A stretch of 64,000 nucleotides of DNA, taken from an uncultured virus (IMG/VR IMGVR_UViG_3300027734_000046) (Duplodnaviria > Heunggongvirae > Uroviricota > Caudoviricetes). The notes below the pieces were generated by a model. That model saw only the letters and a program-made list of their open reading frames with translations. It made no database searches and was not told the DNA's origin. Each line of letters opens with the position of its first letter. Within the stretch, counting starts at the first letter, position 1. Both the position numbers and the translations under genes were made by a program. Of this stretch, positions 28,911 through 39,061 are shown in pieces. The stretch lies in the IMG/VR virus record IMGVR_UViG_3300027734_000046, positions 1 to 64,000 of that record. One strand, 5' to 3'.

Positions 28911-31850
28911 TTATATTAAACTACTCATTATTTTTTTTATTCTTTCTATCTCTTCAGTCAATACTTTATTTTTACCATTAACCGATTCATATGTTGCTGG
29001 TTTAAATGGTTTAGGTTCATCATCTGATGATTCACCACCACCACCAGACTCACCTGAAGACGCATCAGCATCTGAAGCTCCAGCATCACCACCACTAGGC
29101 GGCGTAGCCGTAGGTGCACCACTTCCACTAGCAGCACCCCCACCAGTACCACCTCCACCAGCAGCACTTCCACCCTTTCCATCTGGTTTTGACTTAATAC
29201 CTAATTTAGCAGCCTGCTTATCTGTATTTTGTTGTTGACCACCCTTTGCAGCCATATTTTTTTTCTGTTGGAACATATATTGAAACAAACCTATTGCATC
29301 AGTCATAAATTGCATTAAATGCTTTTTAAATTTACCTCTATCTTGAGCATCTTTTTCTATTTGTGTACGTTTAAATTGAGCCTCAGCCTCGTCAATATTT
29401 TTAGCACCAACTTTACCCATTCCAGCTAACTTATCCATTAAATCACCTTTTTTAAATTTACCAGTATATACTGTTTTAAAAATGTCATTGATAAATTTAG
29501 CTAAATTTTCATACGTTTGTGGGTTAGCAGATGAAAGATTAAACATTTTATTAAAATCAGTTAATATAATTGGATTTTGTTTAAATGTTTGAAGTTTTTG
29601 GTTAAAAACTTTATCATCCCCACTTTTCATATTTCTAAGCTTATTCCTAATCTGCTCAATTCTATTTAAAAAATCTTCAAACTCTTTAACTCTTTTAGGA
29701 CTAACGTTTTTATTAAGATATTTAACAAGCTCTTTATCTCTAAAGTATTTAGCTTCAGACAAAGGCTTTTTTAAATCTGCCGTCTTAACCGCGTATGTTT
29801 TTTTCTGAGGTCCGTCACCATCAGCATCTATTTGTGTACTTCCTGGTGAAACATCTGGAATTGTAACTGTAACGTTTCTACCTTTGTAAATTGCTTTATC
29901 ACCCTTTTTAAATGTTGTTACATTTGTATCTACATTTGATTCATCATCTGATTTACCCTCTGCTCCAGCACCAAACTTCTTATTGCTAGCAACAACAAAT
30001 CTAAATAAGTTTAATAATGAATTATATAAATCATCGTTAAAACCGCCTTTACCATCACCTTTACCTTTATCACCACCTTCTTCTTTACCTTTATCTTCAA
30101 TTTTTTTAGGGTCTTGTGCTTCATCTTTATCAATGGTTGGACCTTCTGGTTCTACAATACCAGCACCACCCTCAATGTTTAACATTGATTGGTATAGGTC
30201 ATTAAGTGTTTTTGCTCTAGATTGTTTTTGACCTTTCATTCTCATTATCTTAACAAGAGCACCAACACCCAAAAGAGCAACGCCAATTGGACCTAACGCA
30301 GCACCAAATCCTTTTGCCACCAAATATCCAGTACCAGTCTTAATACCTGTTTTAATTGCTACCTTGGTAACAATTTGTGGCACCATTTTAATAAGAATAG
30401 ATGTTAAGTTTCTACCAGCTATTGTACCGTATAAAGTTGTGTCAGGAGTTAATTTACCCGTTCCAGATGCGCCACCGTGGAACATATCATTAAGTGTTTT
30501 AAATTGGTTTGGGTTATTAACTAAATCATGAAGACCTTTAGCTGCTTCAGTTGGTTTCATCATTACACCACCTCTCTGACATAATAAATCAATACCCTTA
30601 TTAGCATCACCACCACCAATTTGCTTAAGTGCGTCAACCAATTCTTGAGGTTTTGAATTTGCATCTAACGGATGCTCTGTAAGACGACCTAAAAGTTTAT
30701 AAACACCTTCACCAGGCTTAATATCATTTAATATTTCACTTTTTGTTTGCAGTAACTCAGTTGTTGTTTCTGTGTCAGTATAGTTATACGGTTGGTCAAA
30801 TAAATGCTTAAACCATTCTGTATTTGCTATCCAACTAAATGCACCCATTGAACCACCTATACCTGCTAATAACAATGGAAGTTTATTTGACTTAAGTGTT
30901 TTCATTCTTTCACTGTCAAAATCTTTACCACCATCACCACGTTTAGCTTGCAATGTTTTTCTTACATTTGCTGCATCATCTTCATTAATTGAGTAGTCAA
31001 CACCCTCTTCATATCTAGAAGCTAATGTGCTAGGACCATCCCAATTACCTACTTCACCTAATCCTAATTCTTCTCTACAATCATTAAGTTCTAATAGGTA
31101 TAAATAATTTAATTTATCTGAGTCTGTAATACCTTTTGATATAGCAAGGTCAACAATTGCTTTTGCTCTTTCTTCACATTCTTTAGGACTACTTATAGAA
31201 TATTTTAAATTTTTACCAGCTTTTTTAAGCTTGTCACCAATATTGTCAAAAAAACCTTCTTCTATTTTTGTTTCACCTAAACCAAAACTTTCGTCTATTT
31301 CTTTTAATTCCTCTTCAGACACTTCAACAACGTTTCCCTCAGCCTCATCAACAACTGAATAAGCTGCTGTTAAATCAACATCTAAGAATTTTTTAACATA
31401 TTCTCTAAGGTCGTTGATAATACCGTTGGCCGCATCGATAGGTAAATAACCCTCTTCATTTGGTTGTTTTAATGTTGCAGCAACAATTGAATCATAAACA
31501 GAAGAAATACCCATAACGGTATTTAAAAAATCAGCACCCTTTTCATTATTAGGGAATTCTGGATTTTGTTCTTTCATTTGAGCATCAAGGGCTTTAATCA
31601 TTTCATTACCCTTTTTATCTATGATTTGCTGAATTTTAGCTGCGGCCTCTTGGTCAATTTTTCCCTTGCCAAAAATTTTACCACCAGCCTTATATCTACC
31701 CAATTTAGATAGACCATATTTAATTTTTTCCCACATTCCTTCGTCAATCATTTCTTCATTCATTGTTGGGTCAACTTCAACCATCTCTCTTAACATGTGG
31801 TTGATAACAACATAATGTTGTTCTTCTGTTAATATAATTTTTTGCGGCAT
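28911..31850 (-). CDS. Large putative internal virion (ejected) protein with two hydrophobic segments
   Basis: KIILTEEQ leader, C-terminal LTEEIERIKKIM, many (I/L/V)xE sites, TM-like LPLLLAGIGGSMGAFSWIA and FGAALGPIGVALLGVGALV. Own ATATTTAT motif upstream. Confidence 0.55.
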   Translation of the reverse strand: MPQKIILTEEQHYVVINHMLREMVEVDPTMNEEMIDEGMWEKIKYGLSKLGRYKAGGKIFGKGKIDQEAAAKIQQIIDKKGNEMIKALDAQMKEQNPEFPNNEKGADFLNTVMGISSVYDSIVAATLKQPNEEGYLPIDAANGIINDLREYVKKFLDVDLTAAYSVVDEAEGNVVEVSEEELKEIDESFGLGETKIEEGFFDNIGDKLKKAGKNLKYSISSPKECEERAKAIVDLAISKGITDSDKLNYLYLLELNDCREELGLGEVGNWDGPSTLASRYEEGVDYSINEDDAANVRKTLQAKRGDGGKDFDSERMKTLKSNKLPLLLAGIGGSMGAFSWIANTEWFKHLFDQPYNYTDTETTTELLQTKSEILNDIKPGEGVYKLLGRLTEHPLDANSKPQELVDALKQIGGGDANKGIDLLCQRGGVMMKPTEAAKGLHDLVNNPNQFKTLNDMFHGGASGTGKLTPDTTLYGTIAGRNLTSILIKMVPQIVTKVAIKTGIKTGTGYLVAKGFGAALGPIGVALLGVGALVKIMRMKGQKQSRAKTLNDLYQSMLNIEGGAGIVEPEGPTIDKDEAQDPKKIEDKGKEEGGDKGKGDGKGGFNDDLYNSLLNLFRFVVASNKKFGAGAEGKSDDESNVDTNVTTFKKGDKAIYKGRNVTVTIPDVSPGSTQIDADGDGPQKKTYAVKTADLKKPLSEAKYFRDKELVKYLNKNVSPKRVKEFEDFLNRIEQIRNKLRNMKSGDDKVFNQKLQTFKQNPIILTDFNKMFNLSSANPQTYENLAKFINDIFKTVYTGKFKKGDLMDKLAGMGKVGAKNIDEAEAQFKRTQIEKDAQDRGKFKKHLMQFMTDAIGLFQYMFQQKKNMAAKGGQQQNTDKQAAKLGIKSKPDGKGGSAAGGGGTGGGAASGSGAPTATPPSGGDAGASDADASSGESGGGGESSDDEPKPFKPATYESVNGKNKVLTEEIERIKKIMSSLI

Positions 31851-31884
31851 AATTACTTTTTTTATTATATAAATATCTGTTATT

Positions 31885-32292
31885 TTAGTAAAATTTAAAG
31901 TCTGGAAACTTTTTTAATACAAATTCTTTTACTCTTTCTGGGTTATATCCTAATAGTATCCCTATCTCGTATGTTTCCTCTGGTGTTTTGGTTGGTAGAT
32001 AACCATCTCTTTTTCTTGCTATGCTAGCCAATCTTGTTGCTTCTTCCTCATGGCCGTCACGATAAAATACATACGCTCTATTTATACCCAACGGAAAATA
32101 CTTTAATCCTGACGCTTCCAATGCGTCAACATCTGCAAATGTTGCACCGCCGTAAAATCCAACACCTCTTTTTCCGTCAATAACTGTCTTTAATGCTCTT
32201 GGATGTGAATATGCGTCCTCTGGTTCAATCTCTTCTGATAAGTGTTCTTTAATAAGACCATATTGTCGTTCGGTTATTATTATTTTTGCCAT
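31885..32292 (-). CDS. Small protein with virion-type leader (probable start MAKIIITERQY at 32292)
   Basis: Leader resembles that of the neighbouring 979-aa gene. ATATTTAT lies 4 nt before the ATG. Confidence 0.7.
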   Translation of the reverse strand: MAKIIITERQYGLIKEHLSEEIEPEDAYSHPRALKTVIDGKRGVGFYGGATFADVDALEASGLKYFPLGINRAYVFYRDGHEEEATRLASIARKRDGYLPTKTPEETYEIGILLGYNPERVKEFVLKKFPDFKFY

Positions 32293-32314
32293 AAATATAA
32301 ATATCATATAAAAT

Positions 32315-32343
32315 AAAAAACCCCCTGATTTAGGGGGTTCTTT
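32315..32343 (-). terminator. Intrinsic terminator after the endonuclease gene
   Basis: AACCCCCT-GATTT-AGGGGGTT stem with a U tract on the minus strand. Confidence 0.8.
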
Positions 32344-32345
32344 AC

Positions 32346-33869
32346 TTATTCTATATTTAGTTCAAATTTCATATTACCACAATCCCATATTCTATCATAA
32401 CCCTTAATTTTCATTATTTCAAATTCAGATAGTTTGTTATCAAAACCTTCTTTAACTAATACATCCTTTCTAAAATTAAACCTATGATACCTATTGTTAT
32501 ATTCACCTATTTTAACATACCAATAATTTGGTGGTGTATTTTCAATAAATGTAAACCCATTTTTATAATAAACAGTATTTTTATAATCTAAACCTGACCA
32601 CCTAATGTCGGCATATGTTATTACTTTATTTGGTTTGTAATTATCAATAAAATATTTTAATAGTCTTGAAAACCCACCAACAACCCTGTGATTTTTTTTA
32701 TTAACAAACCTCATTAATTCGTATTGATTTTCTTTATCACACCTACCCATTATTTTTCTTAATTTACCAAATGTAATCAGACTAACTAATTCGTTATCAT
32801 AAAATAATCCAAGTCTTATTTTATCGATTGAAGAATCTTGAATATGGTTTTTATTTAAAAATTCATCGGACACTTTCTTATCAACGCTCATTATTGAACA
32901 TTTTCTAGCATATATTTTTTTATTATTTATCATTAAAAAATTTGATAACCTAGAAAGTACTATATCTTTCTTATATAAAATTTCATCTTCAAATATATGA
33001 ACTAATTTTATGTTTGATTCGTGCGCTAGCTTAGATTTATTAATATGGTAATTTCTATCCTTTTCACCATTTATCTCACTATGGTAAAAATTACCATTAA
33101 CCTCGATTCCTAAATTATAGTCATGTAATAACAAATCTATTTCCTGCCCGCTTAATAGTTTTCTAGAATTATCTAAATGGTCAATATTATTTTCGTTTAA
33201 AAAATCACGTATAAATGCTTCTAATTTAGAATTTTTAACCAAAGGAAAACATTTTCTACATATTGGTATTTTACCAGAACCCAAAACTGTACTTGTAAAC
33301 ACGTTATTGCATTTTAAACATTTAAAATTATACGGCATAGATGTTGTCCCACTTTTATTTGCTGTATACTCATCTAATAACAATAAATTATTATCCTCTA
33401 ATTTTGGTAATAAATTATTTATTTGTTTTTCTTTTAACGTATTCTTTAATTTGGTAACCAACCCTTCATGTTTCATTGGATTATCAACTCCGTACTTATC
33501 CACCAAAATTTTCTTTAACCCATTTTTAAACTCATTTTTTTTAAAAATGGAATCAACTCCGTGTTTTTCAAAAAAACTTTTTTTACTAGCTAATATTCTT
33601 TTATCTTTATTCTCCTTAATTTTTCCCCACTTTATCCTACATTCACCAGAACATAACTTTTTTTTATTGTTTATCTTAACTTCAAAATCATTGTTACACA
33701 TATCGCATTTTCTAACCTCCCTAATACTTTCATCTTTTTTTCTACCTATCGTTTTGTTTTTGTTGGCAAATTCAAAATAGCAACTTCTTGAACAATACTT
33801 CTTATCCCTATGTTTATATTCGGCAATAAAATTATTATCACAATTAATACATTTTAATTCTATGTTCAT
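32346..33869 (-). mobile_element. Free-standing homing-endonuclease-like gene (Hef-like PD-(D/E)XK nuclease with Zn-finger repeats)
   Basis: CxxC...YCSRSC and CxxC...LCSGEC fingers, KHGVD/KYGVDNP repeats, EIDL...GIEVNGNFYH nuclease motif, IYARKC...NHIQ...YELMRF...YADIRW...RIWDCG C-terminal domain. Visibly more AT-rich, with its own promoter and terminator. Confidence 0.75.
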
Positions 33870-33919
33870 GGTATTATATTTTTTAATCTAACAAGGGCTT
33901 ATCTACAAATAAATATTTG

Positions 33920-33968
33920 CAAATATACCTAAAAAACAAAAAAGGTGCAAATATTTGCACCCTTTTTT
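33920..33968 (-). promoter_or_regulatory. Sheath terminator hairpin overlapping a Bacteroidetes-type promoter for the endonuclease
   Basis: Hairpin GGTGCAAATATTTGCACC with A/T flanks (33938-33968), plus TTG(33950-33948)-N20-TATATTTG(33927-33920). Confidence 0.7.
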
Positions 33969-33987
33969 AATTTATTTTATTTTTTTA

Positions 33988-36900
33988 TTAAATGTTATCA
34001 AATGAAGCCCCTGTATTCATAATATTAAATTCTACAATTATAAATTCTAGAGCTCTTGTTGGTTTAAGGTAAATCTTACCAGTTAATTGATTTCTATCGA
34101 TATCTTCTGGGTCGTTACTTAAAACAACTCTGAAATCTACTAAACCTCTTTCGGTTCTAATGCTATCCAATATTGGATTAACAAGTGACAAGAATTGATT
34201 TCTTACGATAGTATCATTTTGTTCGAACAACAATCTAATAGCCACAGCAGAGATAAGTTTTCTAGCTTGTAAAAGAAGTCTTCTAACATTGATTCTGTCA
34301 AGAGCACTTTCTTTAACTTGTAGTGTTTTATTACCCCAAATCTTAATACCATCAGATGTAAATGTTGCGATTGGGTTGATTCTATTTTCGTAAAGAACAT
34401 CTCTTTCACTTAAAGTTAACTTCTTACGAGCTTTAAGAGCGTCAACGTCACCTCTTTGAATACCTGCTACTGCGAACCAAGGGAATGCTATGTTATCAGT
34501 CAAAGCGATGTTTCTCACAACGTCTCTTGTTGGTGGAACGTAAACATACACATTGTTCTCAGCATCAAGGATTTGAATCCAAGGCCAGTATGTTGCTGTG
34601 TAGCTACTATCATACATATCTGATAATTGGTCTGTTACGTCACCAACTGTTAATACTGTTCCTGCAGAATCGGTATCAGGCGTTGTTACAACATATAAAG
34701 AGTCAGCTCTGTCTTGCTCAATCATTTCGATACTAGCTTCAACAAGATTTGTGTTATCAAACGTATCAATACCAGGCGTAGCAAACACATTAACATTTAC
34801 AGCCTCTGGGTTTTTAAATGTCCAGATACCCTCTAAGTAAGCGTAGTAATCAGATGTAATACCTAAATCACCGTTAGTTAGAGTTTTGTTTGCAAACGTA
34901 CCTACTGCTAAACCAGCAGCACCCTTGGTACCATTGATAGTAAAGCTATCTAAGTTAGTTCTTCTTGTTCTGTAAGGGTCGAAACCGTCGAATCCGCCAT
35001 AAGGTGCAAAAGTAAATTTACGAGCGTACACTTTCTCATATGGGCCGTTAGCTAAACCAGCGTCAGTTCTAAACTGCCAGTCACCAGTATCAAATAAGAA
35101 TATTGGACTATATGTGTTACCTGAGTTATCAATAACAACTTTAACATTGTCAATTGTAGCACCTGTAGCGTCGATATCCATGTGGAAACCTTTGGTTAAA
35201 CCAGTCCACATATCATAATCTTGTCCAACAGGTATACCTTTGTAATCAAAGAAATCAGCGTCTATACCTATTGTATTAGATAAACCTAAATAGTATTTAC
35301 GTTTGTTTTCAAAAGCGCCATATTTTTGCTTATACATTATGCTTGGTGTTTGAACATCAGGGTTAGAGTTAATTTCATAATCTCTAACTGGGAATCCAAC
35401 AAAACCAGCTGGGAATGCATCACTTGTATCAGAACTTTCATCAAGTTCAAGTAAAATGTGAGCAGATTTTGATGCATATACACCATCTAATGTACCGATT
35501 CTTCTAGCAACAAAGTTGTTTGAAGTTGGGTCCATTGTACAACGTGTGTAAGCTTCGATGATATTAGGTGCCGCATCTGTATCATAAAAACCTCTTACCA
35601 ATACATCAAACTCTCTTGTATCTGGTTTAATGTTAGCAATTGAAATTTTATATTGTTCGTTTGCTGCGTTACCGTCAGATATTGTCCAAATTCTAAATAA
35701 TCTTAACAATTTATTACCTCTTAATTCTGATACAACATAAGGTGTAACAGCTGGTTGGTATTCTTGTAAGTAGTCAGAGTATTGACCAGCGTAGTCGATA
35801 ATATCTAAATTGATACCTCTAACTTTACCATCATTAACATACTCAACAAACATTTTATCAAAGAATTCTTCAACGTATACTGCAGTTTCACCATCTAAAG
35901 CAGTTCTACCAAGAACTTTTGTTATGTAATTTCTTTGTGTTCTATCGAAAGAGCAATCATAAGAGAATGCACCCTGTGTATTTGATGTACCAATTAAAGC
36001 GAATGAACCGTAAGGGTTTTGTTCTGCTGTGGTAATGCTTGAATTAAAATTCAATCCTGTTGTTGCACTAACTTGGAATACTGGTAATTGAGTTTGAGCA
36101 TTAACTTTACCTCTAGAACGAAGCAAAGTAATTAATTTATCCTCAACATCTGCGTATCCTTTACCAACAGTATATGTTGTAAAACCAGATGTTGTACCTG
36201 TTTTATACATTGATATTGAAGTACCTGAGTAATAGTTTACAACTGCTGATGTTGTACCAGTATTATAAAACAAACCAGTACCTGAATATACACCTGTAAA
36301 ACCAGATGTTGTACCTGTTCTATAAACTGTTAATGGGTCACCAGAGAAGTAGAATACATTACCAATAGTTGTACCTGTTTTATAGTTAATACCAGAACCA
36401 GAATAGAATGTTGTAACACCTGAGGCTTGGCCTGATATGTATGCTGCTGTTTGAGCGCCACTATACTGTATTGTAAATCCAGATGTTGTACCTGAGATAA
36501 GTCTAGTGTTTGAAGCACCAGTATAATATTGAATATACCCACTTGTCAAACCAGTATAAATATTTGGTGTTGATGTTGAACCTGTACTTAAAATAATTGC
36601 AACACCATAAACACCAACATAAGTTGTTGCATTTATTGCGGTATAAGAACTAGGAACACCTTGTACACTATATAGTAATCCAACACCAGTTCCAGGTGAA
36701 TTTTTTAAACCAAAATAATTACCTTGCAATATTCCAGCGGTTTCCATTGTATTATATGGTTCACTAGTTGTTAAATAAGTAACATTTACAGTGCTAGATG
36801 TTGTAGCGGCAGTAAATCGTATAAATGAACTAATAAGTGGTGTTGCTCCGCTAAAACCTACCGAACTTTGATTTAAACTTTGTGGTGTTACACCAGAAGT

Positions 36901-38898
36901 TGCTGCAGAGAATACCGCAGAAGCACCAACATAAGATGAACCGCTTTGTACAAAACTAAGAGGTACACTAAACGATGTACCAACTGGTGCACCACTAAAC
37001 AATGTGGCTAAACTAAAGTTATTAGCAACATACATTGCATTAAGAACATTGTTATTAATAACATAACTTGTGCTGTTTGTTATTGGGTTTGTTTGATAAG
37101 TAATTAACGGATTAGCATTTATAGGGGTGGCAACACCACCTGTAGCACCAGTAGTTGTTGTATTAATTGCTGCTGGAACAGTTACTTTACTTACAATAAT
37201 ATAACTTGAAGAAGCACCAGTATAAACCGCACCAGAACCTGTCATAACAAAAGGAATTACACCTCTAACACCAGAATTTAACCCAGGTAATGAAGCTAAA
37301 CTAAATAAAGAAGCGCCATAAAATGCACTTGTTAATGGGTCTGAAATTACAGTATTTGTTAATGAACCACTAGTTGTTGCTGTATATCTAATTAATGGGT
37401 TATAGTTTGCTGTTGTTGAAACACCAGTACTAGATGCATTGAAATAGTATGGTGTAATACCTGTTTGTGATACAGTATATGTTGAACTAGCACCAGTAAA
37501 AATTGAACCGTTATAAATAAATGATAAAGGTATTGTACTAGTTGTACCAGTTGCTGTTGCGGGTAATCCGCTAAGACTAATATTACCAGCTTGGTATAAA
37601 CTATTAGTTAATGGGTCTGCAATAGTTGCGGTAATTAATGTATTACCAGTTGTTGCTGTATAATTTATAAATGGTACAAAACTACCACTAGTTGTAGCCG
37701 CAGTTGTTGTTGTATTAATACCACTTTGCGTTAAGCCAGTGGCAATTACAACGTAGTTAGATTCATTACCAGTAAAACTAGTACCTACGTTTACATAGTT
37801 TCTAGCTATTGAACCAGTCGCACCAACTGCCAAGCTAGATAACCCAGTTAAACTAAAATTTGAGTTATTATAACCAGCATTTGTATTTGGCTCGTTGATT
37901 TGAACAGCAGAAAGAACACCACCAGTTGTTGATGTATAAACAATAAATGGATTTGTATTTGCGCTACTAATTAAAGCAACACTAGCAGCACTTAAAGTCA
38001 TTGTTGTTGTACCAGCAGAAATAAGTGTATAAACTGCACCAGCACCACTATAATTTGAACCACCAACATTTATAAATGAATTAGAAATAACATCAGATTG
38101 ACTTATTGTTAGACTAGGCAATGTACTAAGACTAAAATTACCGTTGTTATAAAGGCTTGATAATAGAGTATCATTTATAGTTACTGTTACCAAATTATTT
38201 GAGGCGTCTGCTGTAAATGATGCAAATGGGAGGATACTTACATTTGTTAGTGTTGCACCTGTAGTTGTTGGGTCTAACACATTTGGTGTTGAACCAGCGT
38301 TAACAACCAACAATTGACTGCTAGCACCTGTAAATAAACCACCAACTTTTTCTAGCGAAACACTCAACGATAATATTTGACCATTTGTTAATGTTGGTAA
38401 CAAAGCTAAACTAACACTACCATTGTTAACTAAATAACTTAATAATGGGTCACTAATAGTTGTACCTATTAATACGTTAGAGTTTGTTGCAGTATATACA
38501 ATACTAGGATTATACGAGCTTGTTGTTGCTGTTATTGTTGAATTATCCAAAGCAGCATCCATCGTTATACCCCAAGCTTTACCTGCATCATAACCAGAAA
38601 AACCAAGAATTCTTGTTACAAATAATTGGTTTGATTGTGATAGATATGATTTTGCGATATATGGTAATTCATACAAAGGTGCGCCGTTTCCGTCTGGACC
38701 GTTTACCAATGTATTATTTAAACCACCGAAAAACGATTGAAACTCGCCGTAGTTACTTACGAAAATAGGTTGAAATGCTGGTCCTTTGGTTGTTTCACCC
38801 ACCAAACCCAATGTCGTAACACCTACTTGACGTGTTACAAATGTTAAGTCTTTTTCTGAGGTGTAGACACCTGGACTAACGAATACTTTTTCTGCCAT
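33988..38898 (-). CDS. Contractile tail sheath protein (T4 gp18-like) with an ~800-aa repetitive insertion
   Basis: FVSPGVYTSEKD, GETTKGPAF, FATPGID, YWPW, PWFAVAGIQRG, LYENRINPI, IWGNKTL, RINVRRLL, LLFEQND, LKPTRALEFI. Confidence 0.95.
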   Translation of the reverse strand: MAEKVFVSPGVYTSEKDLTFVTRQVGVTTLGLVGETTKGPAFQPIFVSNYGEFQSFFGGLNNTLVNGPDGNGAPLYELPYIAKSYLSQSNQLFVTRILGFSGYDAGKAWGITMDAALDNSTITATTSSYNPSIVYTATNSNVLIGTTISDPLLSYLVNNGSVSLALLPTLTNGQILSLSVSLEKVGGLFTGASSQLLVVNAGSTPNVLDPTTTGATLTNVSILPFASFTADASNNLVTVTINDTLLSSLYNNGNFSLSTLPSLTISQSDVISNSFINVGGSNYSGAGAVYTLISAGTTTMTLSAASVALISSANTNPFIVYTSTTGGVLSAVQINEPNTNAGYNNSNFSLTGLSSLAVGATGSIARNYVNVGTSFTGNESNYVVIATGLTQSGINTTTTAATTSGSFVPFINYTATTGNTLITATIADPLTNSLYQAGNISLSGLPATATGTTSTIPLSFIYNGSIFTGASSTYTVSQTGITPYYFNASSTGVSTTANYNPLIRYTATTSGSLTNTVISDPLTSAFYGASLFSLASLPGLNSGVRGVIPFVMTGSGAVYTGASSSYIIVSKVTVPAAINTTTTGATGGVATPINANPLITYQTNPITNSTSYVINNNVLNAMYVANNFSLATLFSGAPVGTSFSVPLSFVQSGSSYVGASAVFSAATSGVTPQSLNQSSVGFSGATPLISSFIRFTAATTSSTVNVTYLTTSEPYNTMETAGILQGNYFGLKNSPGTGVGLLYSVQGVPSSYTAINATTYVGVYGVAIILSTGSTSTPNIYTGLTSGYIQYYTGASNTRLISGTTSGFTIQYSGAQTAAYISGQASGVTTFYSGSGINYKTGTTIGNVFYFSGDPLTVYRTGTTSGFTGVYSGTGLFYNTGTTSAVVNYYSGTSISMYKTGTTSGFTTYTVGKGYADVEDKLITLLRSRGKVNAQTQLPVFQVSATTGLNFNSSITTAEQNPYGSFALIGTSNTQGAFSYDCSFDRTQRNYITKVLGRTALDGETAVYVEEFFDKMFVEYVNDGKVRGINLDIIDYAGQYSDYLQEYQPAVTPYVVSELRGNKLLRLFRIWTISDGNAANEQYKISIANIKPDTREFDVLVRGFYDTDAAPNIIEAYTRCTMDPTSNNFVARRIGTLDGVYASKSAHILLELDESSDTSDAFPAGFVGFPVRDYEINSNPDVQTPSIMYKQKYGAFENKRKYYLGLSNTIGIDADFFDYKGIPVGQDYDMWTGLTKGFHMDIDATGATIDNVKVVIDNSGNTYSPIFLFDTGDWQFRTDAGLANGPYEKVYARKFTFAPYGGFDGFDPYRTRRTNLDSFTINGTKGAAGLAVGTFANKTLTNGDLGITSDYYAYLEGIWTFKNPEAVNVNVFATPGIDTFDNTNLVEASIEMIEQDRADSLYVVTTPDTDSAGTVLTVGDVTDQLSDMYDSSYTATYWPWIQILDAENNVYVYVPPTRDVVRNIALTDNIAFPWFAVAGIQRGDVDALKARKKLTLSERDVLYENRINPIATFTSDGIKIWGNKTLQVKESALDRINVRRLLLQARKLISAVAIRLLFEQNDTIVRNQFLSLVNPILDSIRTERGLVDFRVVLSNDPEDIDRNQLTGKIYLKPTRALEFIIVEFNIMNTGASFDNI
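36157..38550 (-). repeat. Seven ~92-aa repeats followed by seven ~19-aa repeats inside the sheath
   Basis: Long units start at 38550, 38277, 37995, 37719, 37443, 37167 and 36876. Short units (Y.TGTTSG....YSG) span 36561-36157. Confidence 0.9.
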
Positions 38899-39061
38899 GT
38901 TATTTTTTTTTTACTTTTTTTAAAAATTATTTCTTGTTACTAAATAAATATTCAAGAAAAACCGAAAATTAAATATATAAGGATAAATATTTGAAAATTA
39001 CCATTCTAGGTTTTTTTATGAAAAAATATAAAAATAAAATAACATATTTTTTAACCAAATA

